Assembly (NCBI GenBank): GCA_964583605.1
Contig: CAZOWL010000006.1
Location: 14,976-78,975, forward strand
Direction of reading: 5' to 3'
DNA from: an uncultured Chromatiaceae bacterium
Lineage (GTDB): Bacteria > Pseudomonadota > Gammaproteobacteria > Chromatiales > Chromatiaceae
Length of the DNA: 64,000 nt
Shown: positions 8,596-16,050 of the stretch, piece by piece
How positions within the stretch are numbered: position 1 is the first letter of the stretch
Layout: each line of letters opens with the position of its first letter
Notes under the pieces: generated by a model
The model's input: the letters and a program-made list of their open reading frames with translations, nothing else
Database searches by the model: none
Told to the model about the DNA's origin: nothing
Translations under genes and position numbers: made by a program

Positions 8596-8611
8596 ATCAA
8601 AGCTCATGCCA
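8596..8611 (-). promoter_or_regulatory. Candidate sigma-54 promoter upstream of the PspA-like gene
   Basis: The minus strand reads TGGCATGAGCTTTGAT. The -24 GG is at the right place, but the -12 element is TTGA rather than TTGC. It lies ~40 nt upstream of the GTG start. Confidence 0.3.
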
Positions 8612-8824
8612 TCCTGAGCATCATAGGAGTTTTTCCTTTCTTGTTAGGGCGGTAGGCGCTCTGACGGCCGGCCATGATGGCCATTAGATCCCAATAGGAT
8701 ATGCATTCAATGCATGCGGCCGTGCATAAATTGAATGTCCACTCGCCTCATCTCTGAGCCAGCTCCCACTCCACGGCCGTTCGCACGAGCTCCGCGTCGC
8801 AGGGCCTAGGGATGGGCTCCTGCG

Positions 8825-9292
8825 ATGCCGGAGCCCGCCCTGCGCGAGCTGGCGTCAAGGATGCTCGCGGAGCTCCAGGACAAGAGTCTGGACCAGTTCC
8901 GGCGGCTGGCCGAGGGACTGCCAGTGATCGCTTGGGCGGCGCGACGCAACGGGACGCGCGAGCTCTTCAATCACCATTACGCCGACTTCCTCGGGCTGGA
9001 CCCAGGCCAGGCCACGGGACGTGAAGGGGCATGCCGCCCCTTCATCCATCGCGACGATGTCGGATTTTATCTCACGCTCTTCAAGCTCTCGATCCGCCGG
9101 AAGAGGCCCTTTAAGGCCGAGTTTCGCGGACTGAGGACTGACGGTCGGTGGCGATGGATCAAGAGCGCTGGGCCCCCTTGTTGGGGATCAGACGGCGAGT
9201 ATCTGGGCCATGTTGGCGCCTCGCTCGATGTCACCGAGCGCGAGGAGCCCGTCCGTGAGCCAACTTGCTTCGAAGCGATTATGCCGCGTTGA
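8825..9292 (+). CDS. Stand-alone PAS-domain protein
   Basis: PAS/PAC-like pattern: LPVIAWAARRNGTRELFNHHYADFLGLDP...FIHRDDV...EFRGLRTDGRWRWIKSAGPP...GEYLGHVGASLDVTERE. Confidence 0.7.
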   Translation: MPEPALRELASRMLAELQDKSLDQFRRLAEGLPVIAWAARRNGTRELFNHHYADFLGLDPGQATGREGACRPFIHRDDVGFYLTLFKLSIRRKRPFKAEFRGLRTDGRWRWIKSAGPPCWGSDGEYLGHVGASLDVTEREEPVREPTCFEAIMPR

Positions 9293-9602
9293 CCTTTGAG
9301 CCCCCGCGACACGGCGGAGAGTCGGGCAACGCCTCTCCCCGAGCCTGCCACTCGTCGGGCGTCCAGGCGTGGATCGCCAGGGCATGCAGTCCGTGCTGGA
9401 GCTCGCTGCCGAGTAGACCGTGAACCAGACGGTGACGGGCGATGAGTGGCTGGTCGCCGAACGCGGAGCTAACGATCAAGACCTTGAAATGCGACTCGGC
9501 CCCCGCCGGCACATTGTGGCGTGAGCTCTCATCGATCACATGGAGGTGCGTCGGAGACAGTCTGGAAGCCAGGGTCTCTTCGATGCGTGTCTTACGGCTC
9601 AT
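9279..9602 (-). CDS. bolA: BolA-family protein
   Basis: Near-collinear with E. coli BolA: HLHVIDESSRHNVPAGAESHFKVLIVSSAFGDQPLIARHRLVHGLL...LHALAIHAWTPDEW...SPPCRGG. Confidence 0.9.
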   Translation of the reverse strand: MSRKTRIEETLASRLSPTHLHVIDESSRHNVPAGAESHFKVLIVSSAFGDQPLIARHRLVHGLLGSELQHGLHALAIHAWTPDEWQARGEALPDSPPCRGGSKVNAA

Positions 9603-9625
9603 GGCGGCCCCTCAGCTCGATCTTA

Positions 9626-9752
9626 CGATTAAAGTCGCGAAGCACACCCACCTCCCTGCCCTCTGTGAGAGGTTCTGGGAGGGGTTGGGGGAGTGATCAT
9701 CGCCGGAGGCGACAGGTCGTCCTGCGGCATGGCTCGCCTCGACCCATGATTG
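9626..9752 (-). repeat. Degenerate full-length MITE-like repeat copy, immediately upstream of bolA
   Basis: Aligns along its whole length with the reverse complement of the consensus (..AAAGTCGCGAAGCAC..CCTCCCTGCCCTCTGTGAGAGG..GGGGTTGGGGGAG..GGCTCGCCTCGACCCATGATTG) with many substitutions. Confidence 0.7.
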
Positions 9753-9776
9753 TCCCATCGTGCTCTAACTGTGCAT

Positions 9777-9898
9777 CTAACGATCATGGGGCGAGGCGAG
9801 CCACCCCGGACGATGAAATGTCGCCTCGCCCCTGATCGTTCCCTCACCCCAACCCTCTCCCAGAGGGCGAGGGAGCGAACGTGCTTCGCGAATTTCAT
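9777..9898 (+). repeat. MITE-like repeat, full copy (used here as reference)
   Basis: CTAACGATCATGGGGCGAGGCGA-(loop)-TCGCCTCGCCCCTGATCG forms a ~17-bp stem. It is followed by GTTCCCTCACCCCAACCCTCTCCCAGAGGGCGAGGGAGCGAAC (second hairpin) and GTGCTTCGCGAATTTCAT. Confidence 0.9.
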
Positions 9899-10048
9899 AG
9901 TAAGTTGAGGCTGAAGGTCAGGTATGACAAGCGCCGTCACGCGCCGCCGCTGTCGTTCCTATCAAAGTCGCGTGGAGCCTGCTTCGTATTTCCCTCGCGC
10001 TCTGCCGGGGGGCGGAGTCAGGGAAGCTTCGATGGCGAGCAGCAGCTT

Positions 10049-10717
10049 TCATGATTCGGGGTGGCGCTGCTGCTCGCCATCGACGTCAGGCGAGCGAAGC
10101 AGCGCCGCGGTGGGGCCGAAGCCCAGCTCGGTCGCCCATGCGGCGGCCGTGTGCCCCGAGAAATCCTTCAGCGTGCCGTCGGCGCCGTGGCGCAATAGGG
10201 CCGCGACCGTCTCGCGGTGACCCAGCTTCGCCGCCCAGATCAACGCGGTTACGCCTTGCGTACTCTCCTGATGATCCACGTGGGCACCCTGGGCGAGCAG
10301 ATAGTCAACCACCTCGGCATGGTTGTTGGACGCCGCTAACATCATCGCTGTGTACCCGCCCGAGTCCTCCGCGTCGATCGCCGCACCGGCCGCGACCAGC
10401 CGTTTGACGACCTCGAGATGGCCGTTGAGCGCCGCCTTCATCAAGGGTGTCCATCGGCAGGCGTCACGGATGTCCGGCTGAGCGGCCCGGTTGCTCAACA
10501 GCGCATCCAAGGCCGAGATGTCGCCGCGCTCGGCAGCGACTAGCAGGGGCGGCGTAGGCGGGGCTAGGTCGAGTGCATCCGCGGGGTCATCACCGCTGCA
10601 ACCGATAGCAATGGGGAGGCTGAGGATGGGCCCGGCCAGAAGTCGCCACACCGGCGCTCGGGAACGCCTTCCAGGGGCTGACTCTGTGCTCGAAGAGCTG
10701 ACACTGGGCCGAGACAT
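10049..10717 (-). CDS. Ankyrin-repeat lipoprotein
   Basis: Lipobox-like LSLPIAIGC after a basic N-region. At least four ankyrin repeats (TPLMKAALNGHLEVVKRLVAAGAAIDA, YTAMMLAASNNHAEVVDYLLAQGAHVD, TALIWAAKLGHRETVAALLRHGAD...). Start placed at the internal Met (MSRPSV). Confidence 0.8.
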   Translation of the reverse strand: MSRPSVSSSSTESAPGRRSRAPVWRLLAGPILSLPIAIGCSGDDPADALDLAPPTPPLLVAAERGDISALDALLSNRAAQPDIRDACRWTPLMKAALNGHLEVVKRLVAAGAAIDAEDSGGYTAMMLAASNNHAEVVDYLLAQGAHVDHQESTQGVTALIWAAKLGHRETVAALLRHGADGTLKDFSGHTAAAWATELGFGPTAALLRSPDVDGEQQRHPES

Positions 10718-10895
10718 GGTGCGCCCGAACGGGCCATGATCCGGCTCCAGCGGCCGTGCCGAGCGCAACCAGTCGTAAGATGTAACAGTTCGAGTCATGG
10801 CGATCATTCTCGCCACGGACATCGGTCTAGCCAATGCGAAATCGCAAGCCGATTGACGCTGCTATCGAGTGCGCTCGGCGGCGCGGACCCGGCTG

Positions 10896-11225
10896 CTAAC
10901 CATCCTTGTCCTTGCCCGGTGCGTAGTAGGGTGTGGGGAATGGGGTGACGTTCGAACGCTCGCCGGGGTCATGGATCTTGCCGGTACCCTCCTTGGCGAC
11001 CTCGTCGATGCGGACCACGGCATGGATCGGGACCATGCAGCGCTGCACGCCCTTGAATTCCGACTTCAGCCGCTCTTCGGCCGGATCGACGAGCACCGAG
11101 GAGCCCTCTTCAAAGAGGATCTCTTCGATCTCGACGAAACCGTAGAGCTCGCCCTGACGAACCCGTCGGGCGTAGATCTCATAGATCTTGCCCTGATTGA
11201 AAAAGGCGATGCGAAAAACGCGCAT
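10896..11225 (-). CDS. DUF1820-like conserved hypothetical protein
   Basis: FRIAFFNQGKIYEIYARRVRQGELYGFVEIEEILF resembles the DUF1820 family as I remember it. Start placed at MRVFRIAF. Confidence 0.6.
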   Translation of the reverse strand: MRVFRIAFFNQGKIYEIYARRVRQGELYGFVEIEEILFEEGSSVLVDPAEERLKSEFKGVQRCMVPIHAVVRIDEVAKEGTGKIHDPGERSNVTPFPTPYYAPGKDKDG

Positions 11226-11340
11226 GAAGCGGAGAATCGAACGGTTGACTCGACCCCATTGTAGCCCCGTCCCCTCCATGTGACACGGATTTCGTCACGT
11301 TTCTCGTTGAGGCGCTGGCGCCGGCGCAAGATACAGCGCC

Positions 11341-11381
11341 CAAAAGGAGGAGCCGCCCCCACCTTGCGGCGGGGGCGGCTC
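11341..11381 (-). terminator. Candidate intrinsic terminator (minus strand)
   Basis: 11-bp perfect GC-rich stem GAGCCGCCCCC/GGGGGCGGCTC (11350-11360 / 11371-11381). On the minus strand it is followed by CTCCTTTTG. Confidence 0.5.
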
Positions 11382-11646
11382 ACGCCCAACCAGCGGGATC
11401 TTCAGGTACTGCGTGCGTCTTTCGGCGTTTCGGCCAAATACCCTCCAACCCCGACAGATTGGACGGCCGCCCTAAGGCCACGCCAGGGCCCGTGGCCCTT
11501 GACGCGATCCTGGACAGCACTCCAACCTGTCGACCTGGACGCGCTGACCATGCCGCGCGCCCGGGGCTCCCAGCCCCGTTTGAACATGCTCCGTGCAGGG
11601 AGTCGGAGTGAACCGGGTTCATTCCAGGTCGGTTCATCTCGTTTTA

Positions 11647-11662
11647 AGCGATCTTCGTGCCA
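11647..11662 (-). promoter_or_regulatory. Candidate sigma-54 (-24/-12) promoter
   Basis: The minus strand reads TGGCACGAAGATCGCT, i.e. TGGCAC-N5-TCGC with exact GG-N10-GC spacing. It sits at the edge of an AT-rich patch (11660-11705). Confidence 0.5.
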
Positions 11663-11849
11663 TTCCATAAAAATTATATTTTACAGGCGCTTAATATTTT
11701 TCTCGGCATCCTGAATGCCGCAATCAGGTCAGAACTTGACCTTTCTTGCGTGTCAGGATCGGCCAGGTCTTGCGACGCTGGTGGGCGAGATGGGTAGGAT
11801 GGGGCTTGGGGCCCGAGTCGGCGGGGCGCAGCTGGGTAGGCGCCGATTG

Positions 11850-12527
11850 TCAGTAGGCCGGGCGGCACTCGCCGAAGTGGCAGCGGATCAACATCGATTG
11901 ACTGCCTTGGCAGGGCACTCGGTGGATCTCCACATCGGCCCCCGCGCTGACGAGCTCGGCGCCCTCCGGCCCGAGGCGACAGCCAAGGGTGACCGCCAAC
12001 TGCTCGGCATAGTAAGCCCAGGTGCCGAGGGACCGCTCCCCCGCCAGGGCTCCTGCCTCGGGCAGAGGCGGGGGGCTCGGGCGATCCGGCACGGTCAAAC
12101 TGGCCTCCCACCGGCCCTGCAGTGCCCGGAGGGCGTTCATCAGGTTGTCTTGATAGCGCTCGGTCACATCTTGCGACCGCTCCACGCCGGTGCCAGGACC
12201 ATCGATCTGCACTGCACGCAGATGCACGAGGATGTCCTCGCCGTCTGCGGCGAATTCGGCGCGGACCCGTATCAGGGCGTAGGCGGTGCCTCGCTGATCC
12301 GGAGCCGGTGTCGCGATCGTCTGCTCGAACTGGATGCCGCCTTCGTCGGTGGAGGTCACGACCCACCCCCGACTCAGCGCGGTGTCGACCGCCAACTCGC
12401 GGATCTCATCGATCCCGGCACCTTCGAGCCGGATCGCGGGCCCGCCGTCACCTTCCGTGCCGAAGGCGGCGATCGGCAGACAGAGGCTGAGGAGCAGCCC
12501 AAGCGGAATGCGAAACGGGGGAAGCAC
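11850..12527 (-). CDS. Secreted protein of unknown function with C-terminal 4-Cys module (paralog A)
   Basis: Signal peptide MLPPFRIPLGLLLSLCLPIAAFG. C-terminal module GTWAYYAEQLAVTLGCRLGPEGAELVSAGADVEIHRVPC...IRCHFGEC is shared with the 12556-13599 product. Confidence 0.7.
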   Translation of the reverse strand: MLPPFRIPLGLLLSLCLPIAAFGTEGDGGPAIRLEGAGIDEIRELAVDTALSRGWVVTSTDEGGIQFEQTIATPAPDQRGTAYALIRVRAEFAADGEDILVHLRAVQIDGPGTGVERSQDVTERYQDNLMNALRALQGRWEASLTVPDRPSPPPLPEAGALAGERSLGTWAYYAEQLAVTLGCRLGPEGAELVSAGADVEIHRVPCQGSQSMLIRCHFGECRPAY

Positions 12528-12555
12528 TGGGATGGGCGCGTTCTCGACCGCGGTG

Positions 12556-13599
12556 TCACTCTACTCGCCGGCAAACGCCATTATGGCAGCGCAGCCGGAA
12601 TGTTGGCAGGTTCCAGCAGGCGACCTCGTGGATCTCGTGGTCCGGCTGGTGCTCGATCAAGACGGCCCCCTCGTCCGTCAAGGTGCAGCCCCGTGTCATC
12701 GCGTACTGCTCCGCATAGTAGGCCCACATGCCTGATCGCGTGGTCTGGCTCAGTGTGAGCAGCCCCCCACCCGCCGGTGCCGCACGCGAATCAAGACCGG
12801 AATCAAGCCGCCCGCTGGAGCCTGGCAGCGGGGGTGCGACCAGGGGCGGCGGACCCAAAGGGGCTCGAGTCTTGGCGATCGCTTCCTCGTCATCATCCTC
12901 GGGGCGGGGGTTGCGGCGGTCAGTATCCGAAGGTGGCTGCTCACTGGGCTTCGTCTCGCCGGACAAAGAGGTCTCAGCGGCCCAGACCGCCTTCAATGGA
13001 TCGCTGGGCGGGCGCGTCAGGTCGGCTTTCGGGTCACCGTAGCGATAGCTTACCTCCGGGGATTGACTGCCGGAGCGTTGCGATGCCAGTGCGGCGGCGA
13101 CGCGCTCGCGGTTAGCGCCCCATGTCGCGCGCAGCGACTCGAGCGAGCGCTGCAGGTCGTTTTGATAGGACGCGGTGTAATCGACACTCTGCTGCGTCTG
13201 CTCGGCACCCTCCGTCCGGACCTCCGCGCTCAAGGCAACCAGGACCCCGTCCGGTTGACTTAAGAAGTAGGAAGTGACCTGCACAATGGGGGCGGTGCTC
13301 CCCGCCGCGCCGAGGGCCACCGCCTGCGGCGAGCTCGGATCCATCGGCCGTTGCAGCACGATGCGGTCGTCCTCTTCCGCGACCAGGGTCCAGCCCTTGG
13401 AGTGCGCAGCGCCCATCGCGATGGATCGCACTTCCGCGAGGCTCGCCCCCGGCAGCTTAATCTGCGGCTTGCCGACGATCTCCCCCATTACGTCGTCGGG
13501 TGATCCGAGGCCCACGGTCGGTTGTGTGGCACAGCCGCTCATCCCTAGTCCGGCAAAGAGTCCGATCAGCACCGTCAGCAAAGCCAAGCGCCTATTCAC
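12556..13599 (-). CDS. Lipoprotein of unknown function with C-terminal 4-Cys module (paralog B)
   Basis: GTG start after GAGGG. Lipobox LFAGLGMSGC. Long Pro/Ser/Asp-rich linker. C-terminal GMWAYYAEQYAMTRGCTLTDEGAVLIEHQPDHEIHEVAC...LRCHNGVC. The track ORF start (13656) runs into the MITE. Confidence 0.7.
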   Translation of the reverse strand: MNRRLALLTVLIGLFAGLGMSGCATQPTVGLGSPDDVMGEIVGKPQIKLPGASLAEVRSIAMGAAHSKGWTLVAEEDDRIVLQRPMDPSSPQAVALGAAGSTAPIVQVTSYFLSQPDGVLVALSAEVRTEGAEQTQQSVDYTASYQNDLQRSLESLRATWGANRERVAAALASQRSGSQSPEVSYRYGDPKADLTRPPSDPLKAVWAAETSLSGETKPSEQPPSDTDRRNPRPEDDDEEAIAKTRAPLGPPPLVAPPLPGSSGRLDSGLDSRAAPAGGGLLTLSQTTRSGMWAYYAEQYAMTRGCTLTDEGAVLIEHQPDHEIHEVACWNLPTFRLRCHNGVCRRVE

Positions 13600-13634
13600 T
13601 GTACCCTCGATGACAAAAACATTGAGAATCTCGT

Positions 13635-13760
13635 TACCATGAAATTCGCGAAGCACGTTCGCTCCCTCGCCCTCTGGGAGAGGGTTGGGGTGAGGGAACG
13701 ATCAGGGGCGAGGCGACGTTTCATCATCTGGGGTGGGTCGCCTCGCCCCATGATGGTTAG
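13635..13760 (-). repeat. MITE-like repeat, full copy
   Basis: Reverse complement of the consensus: TTACCATGAAATTCGCGAAGCACGTTCGCTCCCTCGCCCTCTGGGAGAGGGTTGGGGTGAGGGAACGATCAGGGGCGAGGCGA...TCGCCTCGCCCCATGATGGTTAG. Confidence 0.9.
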
Positions 13761-13793
13761 CCGTTTCTCGCTCCCCCAGGTAGGCTGGGTCGG

Positions 13794-15935
13794 CTAAGGA
13801 TCATCGCCCTCGGACACCAGCGCGGGGCGCGGCGGGCTTGAGAGGCTCGGGCGTTGCGGTCCCAGCCACACCTTCAGGGCGGTGTCACCCAGTTCCCACT
13901 GCCCCTTCAGCCGATTCTCGGCCGTCTTCTCAGCGAACACAAGATAGCTGTACTTCCCGTAATGAGGGACCTTGCGTGCCAATGCGATGACGGCCTCGGC
14001 GTCCGCCGCCGCGAGCCAGCCGATGGGTCGCCCCCGAGCCTCTTGCGCCAGTACGATGGCCTCGCGCGCGGACGCGACCTGTTGGGAAGGCAGCTCAAGA
14101 CGATGAGCGCCAAGATCCAGGTGGAAGTCGGTGGCCTGCGAGGCGAAATCCTTTAGAAAACGATTGCCCCAACCGAGTAGCCAGACCGCCTGGTCAGTCG
14201 GCAAGGTGTCCAATGCCGAGTCGGTGGTCACCGACCATCCAGATTGGCCTTCGCTCCAGTCCTCGGCCAGATTGCGGAAGGCGCTCGCCAGGTCAGGTCG
14301 GGCTTGAGCCGGCAGCACGATGAGCCCGGTCTTGGTGCCGAACAGCCGGCTCAGTGTCACCGGGGCCTCGCCGGTAACCAGGCTACGGAAGAGATCGAAG
14401 TGCGGGTCGACATCCAGGCGGATCGGTCGAGCGGGAACCGCCAAATCGAGCTCTCTGCGACGCTCGGAAAATGGTATCTCGAGCGATGTGAGCTGCGCCT
14501 GGCCGGTATGAACGATGACGGGGACCAACAGCGGGAACGGGGCCCCTTTCTGCGCCTGGCGCAATTCTCCGCGGACGCGGAACCTGCCCTCGTCGTCGAT
14601 CACGGATAGATCGGTGACGTGCAGCTCCGGTGCCCCGGTACGCTCGGTCCAATGTCGAAAGAAACCTTCCAGATCCCGGCCGCTGACGGCCTCGAACGCC
14701 GCCCGCAGGTCGGCGAAGCCGGCCGTGCTGAAACGGTTCTCGGCATAAAAGTGCCGCAGCCCTTCAACGAAGGTGGCATCACCCAGCTGCCGGCGCAGCA
14801 TGTGGATGACCATCATCGTCTTGCCATAGCCGATGGCCTGGGTGTCCGCGCCATGGCGGCCGCGGAAGGCCCGGATCGGGAAATCGCGTCCGGTGTCGAC
14901 ATAGTCTGCGTAGGCCTGGAGCGTGTCGCGCCGGTACTCTGCGCCATGGCCTTGGCGCTCGCGCAGCAGGTGATCGGCCAGATAGGCCGTGAGACCCTCG
15001 CTCCAGTTGCCACTTTCGTAGTCCACATAGACTCCGTTGCCCCACCAGTTATGGAGGATCTCGTGGGGATAGGAGGTGTGCAGGATGAACGGGAGTCGGA
15101 TCACCCGCGGTCCAAGGAGCGTGAACGACGGCATGCCGTAGCCGGTCTCCCAGAAGTTCTCCACGAGGGCGAACTTGGCGTACGGATAGGGTCCAATCAG
15201 TTGATCATAGAGGGACAGGTATTGGTCCGTGGCCTCGAGGTAGCGGTCGGCGAGCGCCGGCTCCGGCCGGCGCAGGTAGACCTGCGCCTCGGCGATCGGA
15301 GTGGCGCGGCTAGAGCGCTCGAACGGGCCGGCGATCAGGTGAATCTCGTCCTGGGGCTGCGTCTCACGCCAACCCACCAGTATGCCGTCCTGGGTGGGCT
15401 CGAGGTTAGGGCCTGCGCCCTGCGAGACGGCGAGCCAACCTTCCGGGAGCCTCACGCGCAATGCGAAGGTGACGAGCCGATCCCTGTCGTTTGCGGGCTC
15501 AGTCGCCGGCGCGCTTGGGTACCAGCCGCTTTGCCCGCCGAGGAATACGCCATCGGCGGCGATGATCCCAGGGCTCCAATGCCGGGTCCGTCCCATACCT
15601 TCGCGAATCGCCGCGAGACCATGGCGAATGGTCCCGGCGTAGCGGAGCGTGACCGGTGAGCTGTCCGGCCGATCGAGCTGCCAGCGGTTCAGATGATGTG
15701 CACGGCCGACTCGGGTCAGGGCCGCTGTCCCGCCCTCCACCTCAGGCAGCAGGTCCGCATTCAGCAGGAAGGTCCAACGCCGGCGATCTTCCGGGAGCTG
15801 GATCCGATCTCGGACCTGGAGTCGGCCGGTTGCCGGCTCGATCGTCGCGTCGATCTCATGATGGATCAGCGCCGCGGCCAAGGCCGGCGAGAGACACAGG
15901 GCGAGCAGGGTCAGGAACTGCGTTCCGCGGGTCAT
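13794..15935 (-). CDS. M1-family zinc metallopeptidase (aminopeptidase N-like), secreted
   Basis: HEILHNWWGNGV...NWSEGLTAY zinc-binding signature, with WETGYGMPSF in the position of the GAMEN exopeptidase motif. Signal peptide MTRGTQFLTLLALCLSPALAAA chosen as the start. Confidence 0.8.
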   Translation of the reverse strand: MTRGTQFLTLLALCLSPALAAALIHHEIDATIEPATGRLQVRDRIQLPEDRRRWTFLLNADLLPEVEGGTAALTRVGRAHHLNRWQLDRPDSSPVTLRYAGTIRHGLAAIREGMGRTRHWSPGIIAADGVFLGGQSGWYPSAPATEPANDRDRLVTFALRVRLPEGWLAVSQGAGPNLEPTQDGILVGWRETQPQDEIHLIAGPFERSSRATPIAEAQVYLRRPEPALADRYLEATDQYLSLYDQLIGPYPYAKFALVENFWETGYGMPSFTLLGPRVIRLPFILHTSYPHEILHNWWGNGVYVDYESGNWSEGLTAYLADHLLRERQGHGAEYRRDTLQAYADYVDTGRDFPIRAFRGRHGADTQAIGYGKTMMVIHMLRRQLGDATFVEGLRHFYAENRFSTAGFADLRAAFEAVSGRDLEGFFRHWTERTGAPELHVTDLSVIDDEGRFRVRGELRQAQKGAPFPLLVPVIVHTGQAQLTSLEIPFSERRRELDLAVPARPIRLDVDPHFDLFRSLVTGEAPVTLSRLFGTKTGLIVLPAQARPDLASAFRNLAEDWSEGQSGWSVTTDSALDTLPTDQAVWLLGWGNRFLKDFASQATDFHLDLGAHRLELPSQQVASAREAIVLAQEARGRPIGWLAAADAEAVIALARKVPHYGKYSYLVFAEKTAENRLKGQWELGDTALKVWLGPQRPSLSSPPRPALVSEGDDP

Positions 15936-16050
15936 CGTCTCATCACACAATCTGTCGTTGATCAACCGAACGATCTTGCGAGCGCCCATGAAACCGATAG
16001 TCTGGTCCATAATGCCGCGATCACCCACCTCATTTCCATCGGCCAATCCA

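Noticed and set aside
9629-9940. Recurrent small ORFs encoding [37 protein letters not shown]. (also 36328-36534, 49809-50222 and 49894-50184, and the N-termini of track ORFs 44959, 21758-23215 and 12556-13656).
   Set aside because: They are translations of the MITE-like repeat. The same peptide appears wherever the repeat lies, in either orientation, and is fused to whatever follows. The repeat's conservation is explained by its hairpin structure at the DNA/RNA level.
11341-11662. Whether the structured non-coding stretch is a known housekeeping RNA (tmRNA, RNase P RNA, SRP/4.5S RNA, 6S RNA) or a cobalamin-type riboswitch.
   Set aside because: I looked on both strands for the hallmark strings: GGAAAGTCCGGGC-type RNase P core, GGTCCGGAAGGAAGCAGCC SRP motif, tmRNA 5'/3' tRNA-like ends, and B12 box. 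None was found. It is therefore kept only as an unclassified candidate in the findings.
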